Positions 40,341 through 53,032 of a DNA stretch of 64,000 bases are shown here, piece after piece. Made by a program: the position numbers and the translations under genes. A model generated the notes under the pieces. The model saw nothing but the letters and a program-made list of their open reading frames with translations, searched no databases and had not been told where the DNA came from. Position 1 is the first letter of the stretch; each line of letters starts with the position of its first letter. The DNA comes from Octopus sinensis (lineage: Eukaryota). The stretch is from contig NC_043004.1 of assembly GCF_006345805.1 (NCBI RefSeq), positions 63,860,001 through 63,924,000 on the forward strand, read 5' to 3'.

Positions 40341-42300
40341 TGTTGTGGAAGGATTTCGTTGTTATAAAATAAAGAACTGTGAGTAATTAGCAGTTCGGGT
40401 TAGTAAGTAGTTCACTGTGAGCCGTGGTTGAGAGCGCTGAATCTCGTGTAGTGCATCGTGTAAATACTTTCTCCCCCTGCTTCGTTATATCATATATCAC
40501 AATACAGGGATAAAAGTGGCGACGAATTGTTCGAAGCTTGCACTGGATGTTTAAAACATTTTTGGTACGAAACCAAAGAAAGCATCGTTTTAATATGAAA
40601 GATTTATTGGCCTCCGTGGTGCAGTTACAACAGCAACTACAACACAACTACAACAGAAACAACAACAAAGCCAACAGTTGCTGGAATTAACGTTGAAGAA
40701 GTCTGAAAATACTTCAGGTTCGTACTCTCCAGAAAGCGTAACAAATTCGGTTGAAGATTTCAGCTATAATCCAGAAGGGATTAAATTTTTCTGCATATTT
40801 TCGAAGATATAAAGTAATCTTCAAAGAAGAATGTAAAAGTTGGTCCAACGGTGAAACTATACAACTACTTTTGTGAAAGTTATCCCCTACGAAGACAGGG
40901 GATATATTCTTCGGCAGAATATAGTAATGATATTCTGCCGTAGAAACTAGGTGTAATTTCGATGAAACAATTAATATTTTATCGAAATTTTTCAGTGAAA
41001 GATGTTCCCTGTTCAATACTCGATCGTAATGTTTAAATTTGGTCAAAAAAGATTTTGTCACCTATGCCGGAGTGGCAATCAGAGACTGTGAGAAGTTCAA
41101 ACTGAATGAGTTGACCCCGGACATGTTCAAGTGTTTAATTTTTGTTCACTGGCTTACTGCAAGCAAAGATGCAGATATACGTTTCGGGATATTAATAAAA
41201 TTAGAACAGGGTCAACATTTAACTCTGAAGGCAGTAGCGGATGAATGTCAGAGGATTATAAATACTATGGCATAGATAAAAGTGAACAGGATCGGGATCG
41301 GATAATAAAAAAATATCAAGACCGAATCCATATTATGAGTGCGGTGGTCAACATTTTAAAAATATGGAATACTTTAAGTGCAGTAAAATAAGCCATAAAA
41401 TATCACACTCTAAAACAAAAGCTAAAAACGGTTGAACAGAAGAAGTCACGTAAACAGGTTACTGGTGATAAAAAATACGAATGAGCGTCAAAGGAAATTT
41501 GTGTATATGAAAATTAGTAGCACAAACGTAAAGTCGCAATTGAATATAGGCAGGGATCTCGGCAATTAACACAGATACATGGACAAAATCAGGGGAGCAA
41601 AATTAAATAAAACTTCGAAAATTGTCCATGGTGTTTCAGGGTTAATTGAAAAGTGACATTACATTTCGTAAAAGACCTTAAAAACTACAACTTTGTTTTA
41701 AATAATACCACAAATTTATTCGGAACTGACTGGATGGAATTATTTAATTCACAGGACCTCCCCATAAACCTTTTCTGCAAAAATGTGAATGGCTTTCCTT
41801 CCGGTACAAATAAGTCATCAGAAGAATTGAAAAAATTCTGTTTTTAATTTTTCGTGAAGTTCTATCTGATAAATTAAGTCTGCGCACCAAAATAAAGACG
41901 AGGCTTCAAATGTAAGAAAACGCTATACCGACATTGAAACCAAAACGAACTGTACCTTTCGCAATGTTAGAACAGATAAACTTAGAGCTACAGAGACTGG
42001 AAAAATTGGAGTTATCCAAAAGTTATCAATGGACATCACCAACAGTTTATGCTGATAAAAATATAATTAAATCAGTGTGTGCTGATTTTTCACTGGTTTA
42101 AACGAATGTCTTAATACGTGTCACTATCCGCTATCTACTTCGGAGGATATTTTTTGCGAAATTAAACGATTTCAAGATATTTTCTAAACTGGGTCTCTCT
42201 GACGAGTACTGGCAAATTAGAATAAACGATGAATGCTCTGAACGCCTGACAATCAACACACATAAAGGACTGTATAAATACAACAGTTACAACTTGAAGA
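40341..42300 (+). mobile_element. Decayed, 3'-truncated Ty3/gypsy LTR retrotransposon (5' LTR candidate, PBS, gag, partial pol)
   Basis: tgttgtgg...caataca (40341-40506) followed by PBS-like tggcgacga (40517-40525); gag DFVTYAG...CEKFKLNELTPDMFKCLIFV; RT remnants near 41950-42290 (DFSTGLN..LN..HYPL...EDIFAKLN). Confidence 0.85.
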
Positions 42301-42390
42301 CACTTGCCCAAGGTGCCACTGTGTAGGACTGAACCCGGAACCATGTAATTGGCGAAGAAAGTTTCCTACCACACAGCCAGACCTGCGCAT
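42297..42390 (-). mobile_element. SINE 5' fragment at the truncation point of the gypsy RT
   Basis: gaagacacttgcccaaggtgccactgtgtaggactgaacccggaaccatg...cacacagcc. Confidence 0.85.
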
Positions 42391-42427
42391 ACATACATAC
42401 ATACATATATATAATATATGCACACAT

Positions 42428-42495
<68 letters not shown>

Positions 42496-43444
42496 ATGTA
42501 TAATGTATAATGTGTGTATATAAAATAGATAGATACACACACACACAGATGAACACACACACACACACGAACACACACACAACAGAGACATTCACACATA
42601 CATCCTTACATACACCCGAACACTAATGACAAAATATAGGAGACCTCGCAATCAGATAGAAATAAGTCAACCAAATCTCCCTCAAATTGCTCAACATAGC
42701 GTTCAAGACATGGAATTTAAAGAAACGCGAGATAGTTTGGTGTAATTACACCTTGGGTAAACGACCCTCGGAAAAATATGAGATAATCATATATGGAACA
42801 TATTTGATCATAGGTCTGTCCAACCTACTACCAAGTACGAACAAACTCAGCTCACACAAGCACACACACGCACTCACACACACGGCTACATACACTCACA
42901 TGTGTACACACAACAACAAACACATTATCACACGCCCACTGACAGGGACACAAGTACATAGGTAATTACACACGTCTACTATGGTATATTCAAATCAATA
43001 TCTTTATGACTACATTCGGTGGGTAATCTTCTGGAGAACAGTTTTCCTTATACATCATCCACATGCCATCTGCAGATTTCATAGTAGGACAGGAATGAAT
43101 GGTAAAAATAGCTGACATCTCATTTATAATCATATCAAGTTCTCATTTGTTATCATATATATTGTTTATCATTGAATTTAGATCATAAATATCATTTCGA
43201 TGATCTCCACTTGCATAGCTGAACGTAAACGAAAACCAATTTTAACAGTTTTTTGTTTGTTTATTTTCATATTCAAATTGCTTAGATGTTTTGGTATGAG
43301 ACCAAACATTCTCATAGAACGCGATCTAAAATGAAACTCCTCAGCTGAAATAGTGTAAATGTAGACAGAAAATACAAATATATACATAAATACATATACA
43401 CACACACACGTGCATACAGTCACACACACACACACATATATATA

Positions 43445-43563
43445 TCACCGTGATCACCGTGACCGACCAGGCCATCAGATGTTGTTACACATCGGTGGTC
43501 ACAATGCGCTTCGCATTGTTTTAGCCTTCAAATGACGCCACCCCGCTGGCTAAGCGAGCAGGC
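43445..43563 (-). mobile_element. 3' tail fragment of the same SINE as 43693-43995, opposite orientation
   Basis: Reverse complement of 43880-43995 with few mismatches. Confidence 0.9.
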
Positions 43564-43564
43564 C

Positions 43565-43667
<103 letters not shown>

Positions 43668-43692
43668 CATATATACATATATATATATGTGT

Positions 43693-43991
43693 GTGGAGGT
43701 GCAATGGCCTAGTGGTTAGGGCAGCGGACTCGCGGTCGCAGGATCGCGGTTTCGATTCCCAGACCGGGCGTTGTGAGTGTTTATTGAGCGAAAACACCTA
43801 AAAGCTCCACGAGGCTCCGGCAGGAGGTGGTGATCCCTGCTGTACTCTTTCACCACTCTTTCTCTCACTCTTTCTTCTGTTGGCCTGCTCGCTTAGCCAG
43901 CGGGGTAGCGTCATTCGAAGGCTAAAACAATGCGAACGCATTGTGACCAGCGATGTGTAACAACATCTGATGGTCTGGTCGGTCACGTGAT

Positions 43992-43995
<4 letters not shown>
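43693..43995 (+). mobile_element. Full-length tRNA-derived SINE
   Basis: Head ggaggtgcaatggcctagtggttagggcagcggactcgcggtcgcaggatcgcggtttcgattccc (A and B boxes). Confidence 0.9.
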
Positions 43996-44035
<40 letters not shown>

Positions 44036-44249
44036 AGAGAGAGAGAGAGAGAGCGAGTGAGAGAGAGAGAGGGGTAGAGAGAAAGAGAGAAAGAGGAGAC
44101 CTTTAGGCTTACGTAAAGCTAGGAACTTTATGGACGCGGCCCGTGGGTAACCTATGAAACGGCCATAACTGTCTTTCTCTGTAACTACTCTTTAATTTAG
44201 AATGTGCTCCTCTTTCAGATTTCTAATTTCCTGATGATATATGTGTGTG

Positions 44250-44300
<51 letters not shown>

Positions 44301-44819
44301 AATATATATATAGATATATATATACATATATACACATGTATAAATATGTAGATCGTAACTAATTGTGACTGGGAGTGCCAAAATACCTATGTTAAAATTT
44401 CTCTCTCACACACACACACACAACACACACACACACATACATACACACACACACACACACATATAGATATTACAGATCCAACAGAGGTAGAATCAATATA
44501 AAGAGCATTCCATCGAGTGAGAAACAAATATCAATTTAAATACAGACCGGAAACGTTACTAATTGATTCATGCTTATTGACACATAAACAGGCATATTTA
44601 TAAGATAAGCCGTGTATATTGAACCAAATTTTCAGGCTTTACATTTGTTATATTTTCTTTACTTGAAGTATTAGTGCTACATTCTTTGATTATCTCCCTT
44701 GAAAACACGTTCGTAGATTCCACGTAACCTATGGTGGCGTTGCTGTTTCCAAACTTTAATTTCGTCTCTCTATTAGTTATTTTACTCGCGTATCTATCTT
44801 AAAATGAGCTGCTTGGCGG

Positions 44820-45205
44820 AGGTGCGCGGAGGATGACATGACATGCCTTGACTATTGGGATCGACTCAAAAAGCTCATGCTTTGTTCCCTCCACCGCTGC
44901 TGTGAGCTCTATATTATCTGTAGGATATGGAGAATATTCCATCCTTAAAATTCGTCCGAGGCTTGGCCCCCGTGCCATCCGTTCACTACAGAAATGTTCG
45001 TGTCGTATCACAACACTATGGCAGAACTATTTCACCTCAATTGGCCCTGCTCTCTTTCAACATCGCGCCAGACACACATAAAGGAGTAAAGTGACTTCAC
45101 GGCATTCAAACGATCCCTAGATGATTACCCTCATCAAATACCAGATAAACCATCCACACCCTGATATCTCTCTGAAAACAATAACCTTCTGCTTGAATGG
45201 GCTTC
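44820..45205 (+). mobile_element. CR1/L2-like LINE 3' end fragment
   Basis: RPRLGPRAIRSLQKC...TTLWQNYFTSIGPALFNIAP...KRSLD.Y..QIPDKPSTP pattern. Confidence 0.7.
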
Positions 45206-45944
45206 CAGGTGGTACCTTTAATTTAGACGTCAACTTCGGCCGAAACATATCTCAGTAATCTAATTTATGCTGTAACCTTTTAATCAAAGCATGACTACGT
45301 GGGTAGAGGATGATATCTTAACATTTCTGATGGTCTTAAGTATGAAAAAATTATGAAAGATTTATATGGAACTACATTCAGAGTATGTCTATAAGCTATT
45401 GTGTTTAGACCTGGTTTCTATCCTAAAACTGTTCCGTTTTGTAGATGTAGTTTTTTTTAATAAAGCACTCCGAAATTAGAAAATCAGGAATCTGCAAGAA
45501 TCTCGGTCCCATGAGTATCGGATAATGGATTTTCAACTGTGTAAAAAAACTTATTGTGGTGATCGTAGTTTTGACGATGATTGTGGTGAAAGCAGAGACA
45601 CTGTTGATGATGACGATAGTCAAGATTAGTATGGGAGGAGGATAAAATAGTATCGGTGGTTATAATGGCCACAAGAGCGGTGTGATGTGTGATGTTGTGG
45701 TATGTTGGTAATAGTGGTGTTGATGATAGTGTTAGTTGTGTGACGGTGATATTGTAGTGGTTATACTGGTTGTGGTGGTGAAAGTGACTGTCAAAGTAAC
45801 CGTCATGATAACGTTGATGGTGGTGTATGTGGTTGAAGTGGAAGCAATAACAATGCTGCTGATGATGTTGGTGGTTGTGAACTGCTTCAGATGATTCCTG
45901 TGTTTAAAACGTTTTTTTTTTAATCATATGGCTGTCTTATTTTT

Positions 45945-46076
45945 TTTTAGCCTCGCCATGGAGTCTATGTTTTTGCCGGCGTTGGTTTTGGAAATTCGGC
46001 AATTTTCAGCATGCGTGTATATGGGTGGAAATGAGCTGCTTGGCGGAGGTCTGTGTTCTCCGAGTGCTTTTCTAGT
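45945..46076 (+). mobile_element. Short Helentron-associated non-autonomous (HINE/DINE-like) element
   Basis: Subterminal inverted repeats cctcgcca (45951) / tggcggagg (46041) and a 3' end gagtgctttctagtt; T-rich left flank. Confidence 0.55.
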
Positions 46077-47239
46077 TTGTAAATACAATGTAAAATGATC
46101 CACCTGAAACGATTTTTTTTTAATTATTATTATTAGAATAATAGGAGACACACATATCGATTCAAAATGGAATACAGTATCATTTTCTGCTTTTTATGCT
46201 ATGACATCATATTGCAAAGAATGATGGGGAATATGTACGTCATGTAATGGTTGTGTAAACGTATATTCGCTGATCGTTCGATTTTCCATCTGTGAAAGAA
46301 CGTGATAGTAAAATTAACATTGTAATTTGAACTATCGCAGCATATTAGATTCATTGCTAACTCTCCTGAAGATTTAGGCTTGTCGAAAAGAGCCTGAGAA
46401 AGAGAGAGCAAGATAAAAGTGTATGGATAAACAGACAGATAAACAGGAAGTGAAATGGGAGGGGACAACTAATGGGGGAAGTATAAGAATATAAAGACGA
46501 ACGGTGTTTACGAAATAGAACAGAAAAGTTTGAAAGCGAAATACAGACGATTATACATGAAAGAGGAACGATTTCGGAGTTAGAAAAAGGGACGACGAGG
46601 TAGGAAGTTTTGGGAATATGAAAATGATGAAGAGATGGAATTTTGTTTAAAAAGTATTATAAAAGATAATTTAGTCGGCGAAGGACAGAAAAACAAAACA
46701 ATATATAGACGTACATAGAAACATATATACATACACGCATGCACACATATATGTATCTATATGATGTATGTATGTATATATGTATGCACACGTGTTATGT
46801 GTACGGAATGAGGAAGAGAAACGCAGGGAGGATTGCAGACATAGTCATGTATATGTATGCATGTATGTATGCATTTATGATGCATGTATGTATGTATATA
46901 TATGTGTGCGTGTGTGTGCGTATATGTATATATATATGTATGTATATAGACGGACCCATGTACAGAGAGAGAAGGAGAGAGAGAGATCATTTAACGAATT
47001 TGCTTGAGAAAGGTAAACTGTTATACTCTAAACAAAACACAAAGAGCTCGGTGGTCGGTAGGGGTGAATGTAGATAGCTATTGAAGTGAGAGACAAAGAA
47101 AGAAAGAAGGAAGGAAAGAAAGAAAGGAAGGAAGAAAGAAATAATATATTAATGAATGAAAGATAAAGGTAGGGTGGAAGAAAAAAGAGAAAATGCGAAA
47201 TGAAAGAGTCGTAATAAAGCAATAGTTATATATTTCGAG

Positions 47240-47638
47240 ACAGATGAAAGAAAACAGAAAGGAGAATGCAAAAAAGAAGCGGAAGATACAAAGAACAAAG
47301 AAGAAGAAGAGAAGGAAGAAGAAGGAGAAGAACAAGAAGAACAAGAAGAACAAGAACAACAAGAACAAGAAGAAGAACAAGAAGAACAAGAAGATGAAGA
47401 ACAATAATAATAACAATAATAATAATAATAATAATAATATAATAATAATATGAAGAAGGAGAGGAGGAGGGGACATGAAGAAGCAGAAGAAGAACAACAA
47501 CAATAATAACAATAATAGTAATAATAATAATAATAATATGAAGAAAAAAGAGGAGGGGTGGTGGAGGAGGAGGACAGGACAGGAAGAAGAAGAAGACGAA
47601 AAGAAGAAGAAGAAAAGGAGAAGAGGAAGAAGAAGAAC

Positions 47639-47678
<40 letters not shown>

Positions 47679-47842
47679 TGAATAATAATAACAATAATAA
47701 TAATAATAATAATAATATGAAGAAGAAGAAAGAGGAGGAGGTGGTGGAGGAGGAGGACAGGACAGGAAGAAGAAGAAGAAGAAGAAGAAGAAGAAGACGA
47801 CGAAAAGAAGAAGAAGAAGAAGAAGAAGAAGAAGAGAAGAAC

Positions 47843-47879
<37 letters not shown>

Positions 47880-48014
47880 TGAATAATAATAACAATAATA
47901 ATAATAATAATAATAATAATATGAAGAAGAAGAAAGAGGAGGAGGTGGTGGAGGAGGAGGACAGGACAGGAAGAAGACGAAAAGAAGAAGAAGAAGAAGA
48001 AGAAGTAGAAGAAC

Positions 48015-48051
<37 letters not shown>

Positions 48052-48139
48052 TGAAGAAGAAAGAGGAGGAGGAGGAGGAGGAGGAGGACGGGACAGGAAG
48101 AAGAAGAAGAACAACAACAACAACAACAATAATAATAAC

Positions 48140-48170
<31 letters not shown>

Positions 48171-48270
48171 TGAAGAAGAAGAAGAAGAAGAAGAAGAAGA
48201 AGAAAGAGGAGGGGAGGGGGAGGAGGAGGAGAGGACAGGAAGAAGAAGAAGAGAAGAAGAAGAAGAATCT
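47240..48270. repeat. Higher-order compound triplet array (AAG/GAG/AAT), ~90-190-bp units
   Basis: Marker ggaggaggacaggacaggaagaaga and variants recur at ~47565, 47750, 47950, 48080 and 48225. Confidence 0.92.
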
Positions 48271-49654
48271 AGTAAATGTGATAACGCTAACTTATAAGGA
48301 TGTTTCGCTTCGCTAAAAGAAATGGGTTATATTCGACTGAATGAAAACCTGTATATCATGACATGAAAGATAAAATTTAGCATCACGCCATTTGAATTTT
48401 GAGACATACAAAGACAAGAAAGACCACAAAGACAGACAGCAGCGATAATATATTTATGGTTATAAAGTGCCCAGTTGGCAGAATCGTTAGAGCGTCGGGT
48501 TTATAGCATTGCGCTAATCGTTCTGCTTCTTTGCCCTTTGAGTTCAAATCCCGCACGCCGAGTTCAAGTTTGTCTTTCATACTTTCGTTCATGATGAAGT
48601 GCCAGTCTTGTACTGGTGTTTATTTTTCATTTTCTATCACTCTTTCTCTCCCCTCGATTATTTTTCTTTGCTACTCCATCCCTCTTCGTACACTTCTCAC
48701 TCTCTTTCACTGATATCGCCTGCTGTTACACCTGGATCTTCATTAGGTCGCAAAATAAGTTAAATAGACTATTCATCATGAGGGGACAACTACATCTCCA
48801 TCAACATATTAAGGACCCAAACCACAACATATTTTCGTTTGTTCAATCTGCTCCGTTTATACCTCAGCACTTGAGCCCCGACCCAACTTTAACTTGTTAG
48901 TAATTCTGCATTACAATGTTTGAAAACCTCATTCATAAAAAAAACATTCCTCGTCAACGAGACAAACCTGATAATCACTGTGTTAAAGTTAATCTTTACG
49001 CAATCACACAATCACACCAATCCATACGTCCGGAATTAAAATGCTGTTTAGCCCCGAAACAGCGCTGATTCGATATATCTATGATGAAAATCTCTCCATC
49101 TGAGACCATCACATTTTCTATTGCATTATTCAAAGTGTCTGCTTCTTGGAATTTTTTCTTTGTTAGAGAGCAACATGGAATGTGAGGGAACTTTAGCTGC
49201 TATTTCTTGCACATGAAACCACCCCATCGTACGATATCAATAGCGCAAGTGGGATGTATTAATAGAATAAATCTTACATTCGATGGAAACCTGGTTTTAA
49301 AACGAGCAGTTTTCTTCCTCGTGGGATGCGTTGGGTTTCGTTTAGTGATTGATTAATATAAGTAAACGGCCACAGTCTAGCGCTTAGTGTGTTGCTTTCG
49401 CGGTTACACGGTCGTGGGTTCAAATTTTGAATCACCATATTTTCAAATGGGAAAAGCTTTGAGATTTGAAGCAGGTGTTCGTAAATGTTCTATTTTCTTT
49501 CTCAACTGTTTCAGTAGAAATGTTCATACAAGCAGGGCAGTGTACTGTCCCAAACAAACATAGCAGAACGGTTGAGTATAAATGCATGTACGTATGTATG
49601 TATGTATGTATGTATGTATGTATGTATGTATGTATGTATGTATGTATGTATGTA

Positions 49655-51585
49655 CTGCTGGAGCTTTGCGATACAAATGGACTTTACATCGCACGCACTC
49701 ATTTTATGCACAAAGGTGATCATACAACAACGAGTATGCATCCAAGTTCCAAAGTTTGGCACTTGCTGGATTATGTCATCATTCGCAAGCGTGACATCTA
49801 TGACATTTGTAATGTCAAGTCCTTTCATGGATCGGAATGCTGGACAGACCACAATCTGGTGTGAGCAAAGTTCCGGATAATGATTAGAGTGAAAGAGAGA
49901 AGAGGACCAGTCAGCATTCCCCGGTGTCTGAATGTCCACAAGAAATATGATGCTGTGTTGAGGAAAGAGCTTCAGACTCGCTTGTCCAGCATTCAAATAC
50001 TGTAGCATGGGAAGATTTTCGAGACCAGGTTATTCAATGTGCTGCTGAAACACTGGGATATGCTACTTCCAGACACAGAGACTGGTTTGATGAAAATGAT
50101 ACTGAGGTTCAGCGACTATTTGCTGTATAGTGTCATGCCCACAATATATTGCTACACAGAGGAGTTTCTGCTGTGAAGCGAAATCTAGCACTTGTCCACT
50201 ATAGTAGTGTAAAATCACTACTGCAGCGATCTCTCGGGAACATGGAGAACACTTGGTGGGAGGATCTTGCTCGTGATGTCCCGGTTGCTGCTGATGCAAA
50301 TGACAGCAATAAGCTTTACCATCTTATGAAGCAAGTTTATGGGCCTAAGAGTTCCACTTCAGCTCCTTTGCTTTCCAAGGAAAATACTTGGCAATCTTGA
50401 ATGTCCGGATCACTTTGTATCTATAATTATATCATTTCATTATGGGATGGAGGCTAGGCTCTATGCAGTTGGTGGCATGGTGGGTCCCATTCCTGTAGAG
50501 AATGGTGTCAAGCAGGGTGACATCTTTGCTCCAACTCCCTTTTCTTTGTACTTTGCTGCTGCTTTTACTCATGCTTTTGCTAAGGTTAGCTCTGTGGGAA
50601 TATATGTCAGATATCGATCTTCTGGCCGTCTCTTTAATTTGCGCCGATTTGCTGCCAGTTCAAAAGTTTTCCACTCTCTTATTCGTGATCTCCTTTATGC
50701 AGATGACTGTGACTTAATCACTCATACAGTGGATGACATGCAAATACTTATGAATCGTATTTCTGCTTCTTGCAAAGCATGTGGAGTCATCACTAGCCTG
50801 GATAAGACTGTTGTAATGTCCCAGCCTGCACCAGGAAATCCATATGTGGAACCAGCTATCGTGGCTGAAGGAAGAATTCTGAAAGTGGCAGACAAGTTTG
50901 TCTACATAGGCACCACACTCAGCCGTTCTTGCTCCCTGGATGATGAAATACCATTCAGGCTGCAGAGAGCAACTAATTCCTCCCGGTCTTTTCAGTCTCG
51001 TGTCTGGTCCCAGCATGGTATCACAAGACAAACAAAAATTGCTGTGTACCGTGCATGTGTATTGACATCGCTCTTTCACTCATGTGAGATATGGGCCCTT
51101 TACAAACGTCTGAATGTTGAGTGGACCTTAAAAACTCCAGACACACAGATCCGGAGGACAGCTGATATCTTGAGTATTGAGATGATTGTGCACAAGCTAT
51201 ATAGGGAACTTGTGAAGGGAAAGAGACTCCGGCAGAAACCAAGACTGAGATTATGGACTGTGTCAAGTCTTCATTAAAGGTCTGTGATATGCAGGAGCCT
51301 GACTGGGAGAACAATGCCTGTCACCACCACTGATGGAGGACACTTTTAAAAGAGCAAGTATTCAGCATGAAGAACTTAAGCGTGCTGCTCGAAAGCACAC
51401 TGGTGGTGTAGTGAATGGGAAAAGCTTGGTCTGCAATGTTTGCAGTCGTATATGTTTGTCAAGAGTAGGGATCATTAGCTACCAACGGAGCCGCAAATGC
51501 AAAATACAAGTTAGTCCCAGAGCGCACAATGTTTCTGAATGTCAGCAATTGTCATCCTCGGTCACGATTGGACGGCCATCATATA
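49655..51585 (+). mobile_element. 5'-truncated, internally deleted RTE-clade LINE
   Basis: APE end MHPSSKVWHLLDYVI...ECWTDHNLV; RT GVKQGDIFAP..FSLYF ... DLLYADDC ... LDKTVVM ... FVYIGTTLS; 3' end followed by (TATG)n. Confidence 0.92.
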
Positions 51586-51606
51586 TTATGTATGTATGTA
51601 TGAATG

Positions 51607-51640
<34 letters not shown>

Positions 51641-51674
51641 TGTATGTATGTATGTATGTATGTATGTATGAATG

Positions 51675-51864
51675 TGTTGTAATCCTGTCTCCACTCCGGT
51701 ATAGTAGCATAGTTATTTAGACACGTAAGACACGACTATCTATCTAGGACCGTCTATTCGACTGACATTACCTCGACTTCCTACACCCAGTATTTGTAAC
51801 GACTAACACAGACCATGCGTCACGTGGGAGGGGGTGTTCTATTATTACTATTATCCCCATAACA
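51675..51864 (-). repeat. 3' LTR (190 bp) of the minus-strand gypsy element, with adjacent polypurine tract
   Basis: Minus strand AAAAAAAAGGGGGAGA|TGTTATGG...ATTACAACA: PPT at 51865-51881 and TG...CA termini. Confidence 0.85.
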
Positions 51865-52985
51865 TCTCCCCCTTTTTTTTCTTAGGGAGTATACTTTTAT
51901 TTCTTTTATTAGTAATAGTTTCTACATCATCCCTCCTCCTTTTTTAAGTATTTTTTCATACAGTTACACATTTAATATTTTTTCGTTTGGCATCCACTTC
52001 CAGCAACTTTTCTTTTTCTTTCGCTTGTCTGTCTGGGTTCAATTCTTTGTAGTGGCATTGGCACTTGGAAAGTATCATATAACCATTCCATTGGTTCTTC
52101 CGTTCACTTGTATTCGCTCTCAACGACTCGGGGTTTTTTTTTGTTGTTTAATATTTCTTTTGTATACCACGTTTCTACCTTTTACCAAGTGTAGAAATTG
52201 TACTTGGTAATCACGACATCTTCCCAACTTTGTTTTCCGTTCTTAAACGCCCTAACAAATACATTTTCAACAATTTCGAAATATCTTGCTGTATTATCCA
52301 TTGCAACTTTTCTCTTCTTACGAAGCAGTAATTTGTCGAAGACTGATTGTATTTTTCTCGCAAACATCAGCTCTGCTGGTGACATACCTGCTGGTGTATT
52401 TGGATTTAGTGTCACACGGTATACCTTTAAAAATTGTTGTAGCATCCGTGACTTCCTTATTCGATTTTCTTAGGGCTCTCTTGAACGTATCGACAAAGCA
52501 TATAATCTGTGGTGGTATATAGGGCCGTATTTACATGATCTACAGCGAACGTTTTACAAGACTTTTTAAAGTCAAAAGACTCACATTGCCTCTCATTGTC
52601 AGAGACTATGGTGTATGGGATGCCAATTCTCACAGACAGCTCATGTAGAAAGTTTGTTGTAATTGAGAAGGTTGGCGTTTTACCCTTACAATTTTCTGGC
52701 CATTTAGAGAAACTGTCAACTACCACTAATAGTAGAAACTGTTTAAGGCACCAGTGTAATCGATGTGTAGATGACGGAACATCTACTTTTGGCCAAGATT
52801 CACTTTTTATCGTCGGTTATTTTGCTGCTAGGGCACATCCTTTACAGCCTTTCACTAAATTTTCAATTTCTTTATCTATTTTTGACCAATACATGTAGCT
52901 ACGCATTAAACTCTCATCTTCGAATTACCAGGATATCCAACATGGAGTTACCTAAATAATTTCTTTTGAAGTGTTTCAGGTATTA

Positions 52986-53032
<47 letters not shown>

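Noticed and set aside
43693-43770. tRNA-like sequences (also near 4370-4438, 8110-8181 and 61840)
   Set aside because: SINE heads continuing into SINE bodies; no complete cloverleaf, so not tRNA genes.
47078-48141. 312- and 330-aa ORFs, and the 364-aa ORF at 58824-59918
   Set aside because: Stop-free read-through of triplet repeats; only the first ~90 aa of the last one is a PLE RT remnant.
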